From Vezdaea acicularis (Eukaryota): 64,000 nt of DNA. Within the stretch, counting starts at the first letter, position 1. Each line of letters begins with the position of its first letter. The position numbers and the translations under genes are program-made. Location of the stretch: the NCBI GenBank assembly GCA_026025075.1, contig JAPEUI010000003.1, positions 248,001-312,000 of the forward strand. The letters run 5' to 3'. Below the pieces are notes generated by a model. The model made no database searches and was not told the origin of the DNA. It worked only from the letters and a program-made list of their open reading frames with translations. Positions 16,504-27,751 of this stretch are shown here, piece after piece.

Positions 16504-17391
16504 CGCCTTGCTCTTGGCGGTACTGTGGAGACTCATATGAACTTGCCTCTTGCGGGGCTAGCTCGCTCAAGCAATCGAGTCAATTGCGCAGTTGAAGCTA
16601 ATGTAGTGGTGTATCATCACAATCATATCCCAAAGGTGTCTATTCCCTCGGTATAAATAGTATCATGCTCCACAACATTGTGTATTAAACATATACGCGG
16701 CTCCGGCTATGCTTCCCAGACATAGCGCTGTTCCTGCTAGTATGCGAGAACTTGCTGGGCCGCTGGGTTAGGGTTATGGACATGATCTAAAACCAAAGCC
16801 CAAAATTGCTCATATCAGAGCAACTGAATCTGGGAAGCCTTATCACGAATGCTTTCAATGATGTGGTCAGAAATAAAGAAAGATTCAACAGGTAATATAC
16901 ACGTATTCCTCAAGGGACCATGAGCTGTTGTGTATGCTTGAGTGCGATGATAGATTATCCTTTAGAATGCCAAAGTTTTCAGCGGGAGTTACCGCGTACC
17001 TTTGCGCAGAGAACTTCAAATATTAGCCTTGTGCAGTTCTTCCCAAACTTGCGATGCTCTATCCTTGATTCTACAGATTGGAGTCAATTATTGAAGATGA
17101 AGTGACTGAGAAATTACAAGAGTTCCCTGCACTTTCTGACGTTAGCGTTGACGATTCGTAGGAGCTGGAGCAGTTTGCGGAAGAGTTCCGCGCATGCTGC
17201 CGCGCATTCTGCCGTGCGCCGCGATATGAATGTCAGACGCGATTCTCTCTCCCTTTGAAGAACACAAACCCCTGTAGACTGTTTTGACTTCCTTATACAA
17301 CGCCACGTGCATGGACTGCACGGAGAAGGACGGTTCCAATGCGACTTTCACCCTCAAGACAGAGTTCTCTGAAGAACTTTAAGCATCCACG

Positions 17392-20300
17392 ATGGGTCAA
17401 GGCTACTCGACCACGGCATTGCCTACAGGCGGCCCTGGTATTGACGTCGCGGAGCTCTCAGACCTCACGCCGGAAAAGATTTTGGGTAATGGAAGGTTCA
17501 TGAAATCAATACGAGCTCGTCACCAGGATGGTATCGTCTTCGTTAAATATGTTGCGAAGCCATATGCCAATATGAAGCTTGACAAGTATGTCAAAGCCAT
17601 TCTTAGTACGGACATGCCTAACACTACGATGGACTTGATATCTGATTCACAGAACAGATGAGAGAAAGCTTCTTTCCAATATACCGAATGCGCTTGGGTA
17701 TAAAAGAGTGTTGGAAACTCCTACGAGTGGTTACTTGGTTAGACAGTACCACTATAGCTCCTTATACGACCGAATGAGGTACGTTCATCTGTCCAAGTTA
17801 TGGATCACTGGCTAAGAGTATAGCACTCGCCCTTTCCTAGAGGATGTGGAAAAGAAATGGCTCTCGTTCCAACTCCTATGCGCTGTCAGGGACTGTCATG
17901 CTTTGGATGTCTATCATGGCGATATCAAGACGGAGAATACCCTTGTTACATCTTGGAACTGGCTCTATCTCTCGGATTTCTCCTCCTCTTTTAAACCGAC
18001 ATACCTTCCTGAAGACAATCCTGCAGATTTCTCGTACTTCTTCGATACTTCCGGTCGCCGAACATGCTATTTAGCCCCTGAGCGTTTCCTGGGGCCGGGG
18101 GAAAGGGCTGAGGGAGATGCTAAGCTTACTTGGGCTATGGATATCTTTAGCGTTGGTTGTGTCATTGCAGAACTGTTCACTGAGTCGTCCATCTTCTCTC
18201 TAAGTCAACTCTTCAAATATCGGAAGCGCGAATATGATCCAGCGCATTCTCATCTGAGTCGAATCGAAGATCCAGAGATTCGGGCCATGGTATCACATAT
18301 GATTCAGGTTCAACCCGACTCGAGATACTCAGCTGATGAATATCTGAAGTTTTGGCGAAGGAAAGCATTCCCGGATTATTTCTATAGCTTTTTACACGAT
18401 TACTTAGGCCTTATCACAGATCCGTCATCTGGCCGAGCTCCGGTTACGGCAGGGACCACCAATTACGGAGAGGCTGATGACCGGATAGATCGAGTTTTCT
18501 TTGATTTTGACAAGATATCTTATTTCCTGGGCTATGAGAATGAACCTCCATCTGAGGGGGGAAAACTTCCGCAAAGCACTTATACTATGGAGTCTCTTCC
18601 AGTGTGCCTTGATATCCCGAACAATAGACATCAAGCTTCGCTGGTGGGTCGAAAGCCCGCAGATGATGGAACACTGATTTTCTTGACACTTGTTGTATCC
18701 TCTCTGAGGCATACTGCAAGGGCAACGGCAAGGGTTAGGGGGTGCGATCTCCTCCTCGCTTTTTCGGAACGGCTTAATGATGAAGCGAAACTCGATCGTG
18801 TCTTGCCATACGTTCTCTCTCTGTTGAATGATCGATCCGACGTTGTCAAGATGGCTGCGATCAGGACCTTGACCCAGCTTGTAAGTTGATACCGTAGCGC
18901 CAAAGCATGACTTTCTAATAAGTTTACAGATGTCGCTTGTTACCGTCGTATCACCCATTAATGCATACATATTTCCGGAGTACATCTTACGAAGACTTGA
19001 GCCCTTGATTCCAAGTAAGGACAACAACCCTAGTCCCACTGTCCGTGCTACCTACGCTTCCTGTATCGCTACCCTAGCGGAAACGGCCGCTAGATTCCTA
19101 GATATGGTACAGTCTTTGAAGACAGACGGCTCATTGCCAACTACCGACCCTGATATGGATGATGGCATAACATCCGAAGGTGCCTATCAGGCTCTTTATG
19201 ATTCAGCCTATAACGCTCTTATGGACCATTTTGAAACACACACGAAAGCTCTTTTAACTGATTCTGATTCCTCAGTTCGTAGGGCGTTCCTTGGGTCCGT
19301 CTCGAGGCTATGTGTATTCTTCGGGACTAACAGGGCCAATGATGTTATTTTGACCCATTTGAATACCTATCTAAACGACAAAGACTGGATGCTCAAATGC
19401 GCGTTCTTTGAGACGATAGTAGGTGTTGCAACTTTTGTCGGTGGTACGAGTCTCGAGGAATTTATCTTACCGTTAATGGTCCAAGCTTTAACGGACCCAG
19501 AAGAATTCGTGGTTGAGAAAGTTATTCGGTCTTTTGCAAGTATGGCAGAGCTCGGCTTATTTCAACGATCCAAGACTTGGGAGCTTTTCGATGTCGTTGG
19601 ACGTTTTACAATGCATCCAAACATCTGGATAAGAGAAGCTAGTGCTTGCTTCTTATCATCTTCGACGATATATCTATCTAAAGCAGACATACATTGCATC
19701 ATAAGCCCATTAATGCGACCTTACCTGAAGACCCCAAGTTCCACGTACACAAGCCTCGCTTTGCTTAGCACATTGAAACCTCCTCTACCTCGAATCGTCT
19801 TCGACATGGCGGCGTCTTGGGCGAATAAGGTGGATCGCGGAATCTTCTGGAAACTAGCAAAACAGCAGCGTACATTTTCGTTCGGCTCCTCGAATGATTC
19901 AATACCAACAATTTTAGCAACGGAGTTAGGCGACAAGGTCCTCCACAAAGTGCCCAGAAACGATGAGGACGAGCAGTGGCTCAGTCGCTTGCGGAATATG
20001 GGTATGACGCCAGACGATGAGTGGAAGTTGTTAGCGTTGCGAGAGTACATATGGCGGATGGCAAAGTCGAGACCTAAAGATGGTCCTGGAAATAGTACCA
20101 CTCATTTAAATGCCGTCATCACTTTAAAACAGCTTGACATTACTCCACAAACCATTTTCTTCGAGGATAAAAAGGCCTTCGACGATGAGCTTCCTCTTGG
20201 AGCTGAAGAACCACCTCATACTATTGCTGATGCTTTATTGGATGCTTCTACGAGCATTGACGATCCGATAGCTCGTCGAAAAAGGTCTATAGCAAATAGA

Positions 20301-22235
20301 AAGAAGGCAAGGGATGGAGCACGGTCATCTTCAGTACCATTACGGCCAGACTTAGCAGGGATTCATCGGAACACGTCTCAATCGCCCTCTCCTTTGGCTT
20401 CAACGCCAGAAGGTTTCCCAGGCTCGCCTGATGTTTCCGCGCTACAGTCAGACATAGACGGAACGGATACAGGGATAGACATACAGGCCCCCAGTTTAGC
20501 ATTGGGTGAAAGACCTACGGTAGGTGACGGTTCAAGTGGTACGACATCCAAACAACCCATACGACATAAACCTAGCGCTATCAATCTTTTGAATCGCACA
20601 GACACTTCGAAGGCTGTAGCAGCTACAAGCACTACCTCCACGAATGCCGTTGGAAAGGTTGATGGAAGCTTTGGGAGGAACGGAACCCAAGCACATGTGT
20701 ATCACGAACCAAACATGAATGGAAAACACGAAGAATCAACGCGCATTCGCGCAACCCACTCTTATGAGGGTAATGACCCCAATATCTTGAAACTGCTAGA
20801 GAGCCTTTACCTCGAGCACTACCCTAGCGATGTTGCCGACTTTGGACCTATCGTTACTCCAGTTGGTCGAGGCCAGTCGATCAAAGCTGGTCCAGGCCAG
20901 GCGACTGATCGACCTTGGCGCCCGGAAGGTAGCCTAGTTGCGATGCTCGGGGAGCACACCGGTCCAATCAACCGTGTTGTGGTAGCTCCAGATCATGCGT
21001 TCTTCATCACTGCCTCTGATGACGGGACAGTGAAAGTCTGGGAGACCGGAAAGCTTGAGTCAAATGGCTTGCAGCGTCCACGATACATCCATAGGCATGA
21101 TTCAGGCACCAAAGTCAAAAGCATCTGCTTCATCGAGAATACACATTGTTTCGTCAGCACCGCCACAGATGGCAGCGTCCACATCATGAAAGTGGAACGG
21201 CATCGTGGCACCGCAGCGAAAAGGTATAGCAAGCTTCGGCTGATGCGTCAATATCAGCTGCCTCCAGGAGAGCACGCGGTATGGTGTGAACATTTTCGAC
21301 ATGAGAATGCCTCTACCCTTCTTCTCGCCACGGATAAAGCACGCGTCATGGCAATCGACCTTCGCTCGATGAAAATCCTGTACACGCTATCTAACCCAGT
21401 TCATCACGGTAACCTGACCACGTTCTGTGTCGACAAAAGACATACATGGCTACTATTAGGTACGTCTCATGGGATTCTTGACCTATGGGATCTCCGCTTC
21501 GGGTTTCGCCTCAAAGCTTGGGGCCTTCCTGGTGCTACACCTATCCACCGCATTGATCTGCATCCTTTGAAAGGTCGAGGTCGCTGGGTTTGCATTGCTG
21601 GAGGCTGTGCCAATGGAGAGATCACTGTCTGGGACCTAGACAAAGTCCAATGCCGTGAAGTCTATCGCAATGCAAACGGTACACATCCTAGCTTTCGAAC
21701 TTACGAACCATGGAAGGTGGACGATGAAAAGCCGGAGGGTATGCTTGACCGGTTCGCTGAAGCATTAGAGACTAATAGTAGTTTGGGGGGTGGAGAGCGC
21801 GGTATTAGGGCTATGGCGGTAGGGATGGATGTATTCGAAGATGGACGAGAGTCAAGGTCAGGCTTTATACTGTCAGCGGGCGGCGATCGCAAGATTCGGT
21901 TCTGGGACCTAGGACGAATTGAATCGTCGATGGTAGTCAGCGGCCTCGATGCGGAGGAAACTCGACCTACATTTACCACCTCCCATGCCACGCCAGGCCT
22001 GACCGTCAACACGGAGCGTGCGCCAGTGCCAGGTCCAACGGCGCCAAATGCAGGAACTGGCGGTAAGACGAGCTCAAAGAAAAGTCGTCAGCCAAGATCA
22101 ACTGTCATTAGTATGCAGCAACAGCAGCTGCTTCGTAGCCACCTGGACTCGATTAATGATATCGCTGTTCTGGAGAACCCATACGGCATGACAGTCAGTG
22201 TGGACCGGAGTGGCATTATATATGTATTCCAATAG
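17392..22235 (+). CDS. VPS15: PI3-kinase regulatory subunit Vps15 (kinase-like + HEAT + WD40), 4 exons
   Basis: Myristoylation start MGQGYS, HGDIKTEN, DTSGRRTCYLAPERF, HEAT repeats, WD40 region EHTGPINRV..SDDGTVKVW. Confidence 0.96.
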
Positions 22236-22525
22236 AGCATATCAACTTGGCGTCAAAGGGTAAGGGAGCGGGATGAATGGACCAGCACTTTGGGATAAGA
22301 TAGAGTCGTAAAGAAAGGACAATGTGTAGATAGACTTCTTGAACCATTGACAGCATGTCTTGCTATGAGCCCAACGCCACCAATGCCTACAGTCAACAGT
22401 TGAGACATTAACCAGTAATTCTAGCTCTCCAAGCTTTCTCAATTTGGCTTTATAGCTTTACTAGCTTCAGTGACCTGTCTGGATCATCTGGCTTCTTTGA
22501 CTTTTCCTATCGCCAACTCCAAACG

Positions 22526-23463
22526 CTATTCCTCCATCGCATCAGCCAATGCCCCACCCGGTATCCTCCCCTCATTCAGCTCCTTCTCTAGCTTTGTGAT
22601 CTCTTGCAAACTCTTCGCATTCCGTATCATCTCCTCCACGCGCTTCTTCTCCCTCTCCGTAAGCTTGACCCGGTACTGCTTGCCGCCGTTGAGTGCACTA
22701 TCCGTTGTGCTCGGAACATCGAACGTCCTTGACTTTATGCCCATGATTTTCGATGCAAGAGCGGACGGCTCGTCAATGGTACCGAAGAGCTCTATAGCCT
22801 TCTTGCGCTCGACATCTTTTACTTTTTGGTAGTCGAGGAAGCGTACGGTGGGGCACCGCCAGATTACCCAATAGCGATAGTTCTGGCCGTACTCGTCAGA
22901 AATACGTGAGAGCTTCGCGCTGGCGGCTTACGTACCTCTCTCCTCGTTACCGGGTTCTCCATCAGTATTAGGTGTGTCAACTTCGGGAAGCCACTCAAAG
23001 GATCTAGGTCCGCCAGCTCAGCTATACTGTTCGCAGTCAAGACTAGTGTTGTTAGGTTCGGTATTGCATTTGGCAAAGACTGCTGTATGCTAGAGACACG
23101 ATTCCTTGCTAGCAGTAATGTCCGTAGTCGTGGAGAAAGTGGGAAATTTGACAGGGCGGTAATATCATTGTCTGTGAAGTCGATCGCATCGTGATCCTAA
23201 TTTGCGCTCAAGTCTTTCAGCCTGTGTCCTTGTCGATGGCTCCGCTTGAGGGAAACGCACCTTTGCAACACCCAGATTCTCAATTGCTGGTATCTTATGC
23301 CCTATGTAGCGCCACCGAGGGCGCCGTATCAGTGAAGCTCGTTGTGCAAATGTAGTATCTGCTCTTTTCAAAATGGACACGAACCTCGTAAGTCTAGTTC
23401 GCGCTCCTTGAGGGGATTGAGGTAGGATAGAGCGGACTGGATGAGTTCCGCCGTTAACCGCAT
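22526..23463 (-). CDS. LEA1: U2 snRNP protein A' (LRR), 4 exons; introns 23302-23384, 23197-23260, 22883-22935
   Basis: MRLTAELIQSALSYLNPLKERELDLR|GHKIPAIENLGVAK|DHDAIDFTDND..., ENPVTRRE|NYRYWVIWRCPTVRFLDYQKVK, EMIRNAKSLQEI. Confidence 0.96.
23347..23370 (-). promoter_or_regulatory. Intronic element complementary to U2 snRNA branch-recognition region (putative splicing-regulatory element in LEA1 intron 1)
   Basis: Plus strand CAAATGTAGTATCTGCTCTTTTCA versus recalled fungal U2 CAAGUGUAGUAUCUGUUCUUUUCA: 22/24 identical; function inferred. Confidence 0.6.
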
Positions 23464-23684
23464 AGCTACAGGGTGTTATGTGGTGGGATTGGTGGAATAA
23501 TTTACTGGTTCCTTCTCATGCAGATATCTCGTGAAGATCGCGTGAGGTGATTCGCGAACTACACCACCGGGTTCTAGAGCTCTATACAGCCCTTACATGG
23601 GTTGAAGCGAAATACAGGGAACATAATAGCATCGGCATACTTTCACAAATAATTCATAGTTTTAATATCGCTCTTAGAACAAAA

Positions 23685-25046
23685 ATGAGCGGTAGTAATG
23701 CCGTTTTATGGGTACCGTTAGACAGGACCGAGAAAGTCAAAAAGCAGTTACACGACTCCAGGTATTGGAACCGCGACTGCAGGCTACACAAGCAAGACGA
23801 TGGCATCTCATTCTCTATCCTGTGCTACATTCTCCCGGACGATTCTCCCGATCTTATCAACCGTCTTCAGAGAGATATCTTGGTGGATCTTGGCATCCCG
23901 GAGTTATATTCTCCCGGCGCATTGCGCCGTCAGGCATCAAATTATCATCCTCTGCAGACCCGGACCGTCTTTTCTCCAAGAGAGCTTGCGTTGAAGGATT
24001 GCTTTCCTGGTGGCGTTCCCGAAAATGTCGCAAAATTTAGTGGACGGATGAAGGAAAAGATCTACCCTCCGCTACTTATCCTATCGGGGGAGTTGCCTGC
24101 GCTGTCCCCGGAGCTTCAGGCGCGGTTTTACGAGCGTCTCGCTACCCATTATGCACTCAAGGACGTTACTCATATTGCGATTGAAGCCCCTATTCCTGAA
24201 TCCGGCGATGGAGGTCCAAATTATCTCCGCCTACCTGGTGGCTTTCGGCCCGTCTACGGAGATTTTGGCAAACGGGTTGAAGGGGACCCAAATCCCCAGG
24301 ATCTGAAGGAGGCTCTCTTCGTGTCGTGTATGCAGAACGGGATCAGACAGACATGGGCACCATTGTATACCATGTTCTCTAGAGGCAACGTTACTGAAAA
24401 ATTGAGGATTCTTAAACTTCCAACCCTCCAACCGCCCATAATAGATCCGACACAAACCACGGCGGTTGATCTCTTTGCGGGGATTGGTTATTTTGCATTC
24501 TCATACGCGAAAGCTGGGGTGTCGAAAGTCCTGTGCTGGGAGCTCAATCCCTGGAGTGTAGAGGGTCTTTTAAGAGGGGCTGAATTGAACGGATGGAATG
24601 CGACGAAAGTGTCAGAAGATGCTCTTTTAGATAGTGTGGACTCAAAAAAGCTGCTTGTGTTCCAAGAGAATAATTCGAAAGCGCTAAAGAGGATACGAGC
24701 TATGAGGCATGTGCTACCACCTGTCAGACATGTTAATTGCGGGCTTCTGCCTACATCGTCGGAGGTTTGGGCTGATGCAGCGCGGGTGTTGGATCCTGAA
24801 GTAGGTGGCTACATTCACGTACATGAAAATGTGAAAGTTTTGGAGCCTTTCGATCTAGTCAAAAAGCAATTGGAGATCGTCAAGGAATTTGAGGCGTTTA
24901 TCGAGGGCAGCAACAAGGTCGTTGAATGTGAGCATGCCGAACGCGTTAAGAGTTATGCACCAAAGATGTGGCATTACGTATTTGATATTCATATACTTTC
25001 AAAAGTGTCGACAGCGCCTCTACAATCTGAGAGTACCAGCTCTTGA
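23685..25046 (+). CDS. TYW2: tRNA wybutosine-synthesizing protein 2 (aminocarboxypropyltransferase), intronless
   Basis: QNGIRQTWAPLYTMFSRGNVTEKLR, VDLFAGIGYF, WELNPWSVEGL, HVNCGLLPTS, IHVHEN, RVKSYAP; first ATG at 23685. Confidence 0.92.
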   Translation: MSGSNAVLWVPLDRTEKVKKQLHDSRYWNRDCRLHKQDDGISFSILCYILPDDSPDLINRLQRDILVDLGIPELYSPGALRRQASNYHPLQTRTVFSPRELALKDCFPGGVPENVAKFSGRMKEKIYPPLLILSGELPALSPELQARFYERLATHYALKDVTHIAIEAPIPESGDGGPNYLRLPGGFRPVYGDFGKRVEGDPNPQDLKEALFVSCMQNGIRQTWAPLYTMFSRGNVTEKLRILKLPTLQPPIIDPTQTTAVDLFAGIGYFAFSYAKAGVSKVLCWELNPWSVEGLLRGAELNGWNATKVSEDALLDSVDSKKLLVFQENNSKALKRIRAMRHVLPPVRHVNCGLLPTSSEVWADAARVLDPEVGGYIHVHENVKVLEPFDLVKKQLEIVKEFEAFIEGSNKVVECEHAERVKSYAPKMWHYVFDIHILSKVSTAPLQSESTSS

Positions 25047-25084
25047 TTGAGGCTCTAAACTCATACTTCAAGAAGTAGTGGCTC

Positions 25085-25908
25085 TTAGCCAGATCTTCGA
25101 AATTTCAGAGGAATATTATGTTCGACAATTGGCATCTTATCTAGCTCGGTCTGGCGATCTTCTGCGTCGGCTTCCTCTTCATGCTTCTTGAAGTGAGCGA
25201 TATCTTCTGGGTGGATGAGATCCTCCTCCCTAGTGTCTATCAATCTGTCAGCTACTATTGGCGTTAAGAAGCATGAGTTAGCCTACTCTCGTCATGATAT
25301 CTACATCTTCATGTTAGCGGCTATACCAGGGTCAATACTTCATAGGCGTTTTACTCACTTCTCATAATGGTGAATCTCATACTCATACTCATCGTCGCCA
25401 TGGTGTCCTGGGCCCAGCTTCAATGTCTTAGCATACATCTTTAAGGTTTTCGCGAGGAATCAGATCCTTACCCCAAAATCCGGCAACTTCCCACCACGCT
25501 TATTGAAGTCCATCCACTCTTGCTGGCTTATGATTGAATCCCCATTCGCATCGATTAGCAATAGAACCTCGCGCTTGACTTCCTCTTTCTTCGCTTCAGT
25601 TGTATCCTTCAAGCTCTCGTCCTCCAGACCATATGTTCGCAGGACCTCATCCGTGGTCCATACGCCATTGGAATCATAGTCATGCAGCGAGAAAAAAGAA
25701 GCGGCATCGTAATTGCCTATGTGATGTTCTTCTGCAAACGTAGCTGTGTCAGCTTCCTTCTGAGGCAGCGACACAGTGTGTACTTACCTGCCATATGCCT
25801 CGTAGCCCAGTCGTCCTCCTGCAAGGCCTCTTGCTCATGGTTCCCATGTGCAGCCACAGACACAGCCAAAGCCAAGGCTATAATAGAACTTTTTAGGAGC
25901 AAGTTCAT
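25085..25908 (-). CDS. SSP120: Secretory-pathway EF-hand protein Ssp120 (nucleobindin-like), 5 exons including a 14-nt microexon (25287-25300)
   Basis: Signal peptide, DWATRHMA|EEHHI, SFFSLHDYDSNG, DANGDSIISQQEW, GPGHHGDDEYEYEIHHYEK|YHDE, HPEDIAHFKKHE, NIPLKF. Confidence 0.92.
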
Positions 25909-26764
25909 GGCTATGTGAATGAATCTTGAGACGGCAAGTTGTTGATTTCCATTTATTCGTAATCGAGGCCCAGGATAAGCGCGTCAGGGGCTCGCGAATT
26001 ACGTTGATCTAATTGGTCTAGCTTGATTTGCTCTAACTATAGCGATGCAAAACTCAAACGTCCTTAGCTTCCGCAACTTAATTCATAGCTAGGGCTTCTT
26101 AGACTCCCTGCCTAGGACGCTTCAATTAGCGAAGTACACATCGGTCCCCGTTGCATGACTTTGGCTCCTGAAACCTGGGAATTTGCTGTCGCTCGGACCC
26201 GGAAGCCACATCAGAGAAGCGTTCATAACTTTCGCGCATCCCGGTAGCCACAACCTTGTGGTTATCAGAATACATCCAAGAAATGAACTCTGTAATGCAA
26301 GAGCTGAACAGCATAGTTGAAATACCAACTATCGAATATTCAACGCAGCGGGGCTCTTGATTGATATTCAGTCCGCATATCTATTCACCCAGCTGGGGAG
26401 TGGCTAACATAAATGGCGCAATTTATGGTAAGCTTCCATTGCTACATTGCAGGAGTTGTCATGGGAGACAAATCAACTATGAGTTATATGCCCTAATATG
26501 CTACTCGGGTTGGCTATTGCCTCTATCAGTCGTTACAGATATACAGAAGTATCAACATGCGTTACGACATCTTCAACTGAGTTATCCCGTGCTGAGATGG
26601 TCCAGATTAAATATGAGATTGTAAGTACGGCTCTCTTGCCTGAAAACTTGTACCCCCGATCATAAACCACGAAAGGATAGATGTCGACGCTCTACATACC
26701 GCTTGCCCCATCACGGACAGGTATCGTTCTCTTCATCTTTACCCTCTCCTTATGTTTCCCTCAG

Positions 26765-27751
26765 CTACACTCTTAGCAGTCTACGCTTCCTCAAGCCATC
26801 ACGCCCCGGCTTCTTGAAAGCCTTCGCGAGCATAGCTCTACAAGTCCCCATTATTCTTCTCCATCCTTTCTTGGACCTTCCGGACCTTCCGTACCTTCCC
26901 TCGGCTAAGGAGCATTGCACGGCACCCGTTTCAGTCCGATCTTCGCTTTCATCGCCTGCTTGACACGGCTGGACGAACTCGTTCATGGCAATTCGCTCGC
27001 ATTCTGCAAGAGTCGACCCAGTCCGCGCGTGGACTGTACTCGCTCCAGTCCTGGGCCTTCTCTCACTTCCACTTCCGCTTAAATCCATGAGCTCAGAGAG
27101 AGGTATCAGCACACTCCCAAGCTCATATATTGGGTGACTGCTGATACGTGCCATACTCCTTCCCTCACCTGTCTCTTGCGCCTGATTGAACCCTTCAATA
27201 CTGACATCCGATGAATCTGGCCACGTGTCTGAACCACTAGACCCCTGCGCGGGCTCGAATCTATAATCAGGTCTTGACCTCGGTCTTTGCGGGACGGGAA
27301 GTGGATCAGGTCGCTCAACATTTAGTCGACCGCCTATTTGTGGCGGGTCTGGCTGTTGTTTGCGGTAGCACTTGCAGTTCTCCTCGCAGTAGATGACCAG
27401 GTCATTGTTTCGCGATGTCATGGATCTGGACATGCTCCCTGAAATGCATAGCACGGTGGCCCCTTGCACTGGCTGGTTTTCTTGCTCCTCTGTCGGCTGG
27501 TTGCTACTAGGCTTATCCGGGGATTCGAACGGGTTCAAGGAATGGCAAACGCAATTTAGATTGCCGAACTGGTTATCGCTGCGAGCTGAGCAGAGCGAAG
27601 TAAGAGAGGGGTACTCGAATGGCGAGAGGCCCCGAGGCCATCCTTGAGTGGGCAGGTCTTTGGGGCAGAACACAAAATAGTCTGATGCATGAATTGTGTA
27701 AAGTGAGGTAAGCCAGAGGAAGAGGACCGGCAAAGCTGGTATGCGTATCAT
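26765..27751 (-). CDS. Putative secreted Cys-rich orphan protein with basic C-terminal tail
   Basis: Open frame of 328 codons from ATG 27751; signal-peptide-like MIRIPALPVLFLWLTSLYTIHA; 8-Cys N-terminal domain shared with the gene at 58272. Confidence 0.7.
   Translation of the reverse strand: MIRIPALPVLFLWLTSLYTIHASDYFVFCPKDLPTQGWPRGLSPFEYPSLTSLCSARSDNQFGNLNCVCHSLNPFESPDKPSSNQPTEEQENQPVQGATVLCISGSMSRSMTSRNNDLVIYCEENCKCYRKQQPDPPQIGGRLNVERPDPLPVPQRPRSRPDYRFEPAQGSSGSDTWPDSSDVSIEGFNQAQETGEGRSMARISSHPIYELGSVLIPLSELMDLSGSGSERRPRTGASTVHARTGSTLAECERIAMNEFVQPCQAGDESEDRTETGAVQCSLAEGRYGRSGRSKKGWRRIMGTCRAMLAKAFKKPGRDGLRKRRLLRV

Noticed and set aside
16765..16776. (GGGTTA)2 telomere-like repeat, possible telomerase RNA template or Tbf1 site
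   Set aside because: Only two units, and the spacer (~0.9 kb) looks too short for a filamentous-fungal telomerase RNA; compatible with chance
23347..23370. U2 snRNA gene or pseudogene on the plus strand
   Set aside because: Similarity is limited to 24 nt, with no stem I, Sm site or 3' stems; treated instead as an antisense element in the LEA1 intron
25781..25790. TACTTACCTG resembling the U1 snRNA 5' end (also at 62422)
   Set aside because: Simply the reverse complement of consensus 5' splice sites of minus-strand genes
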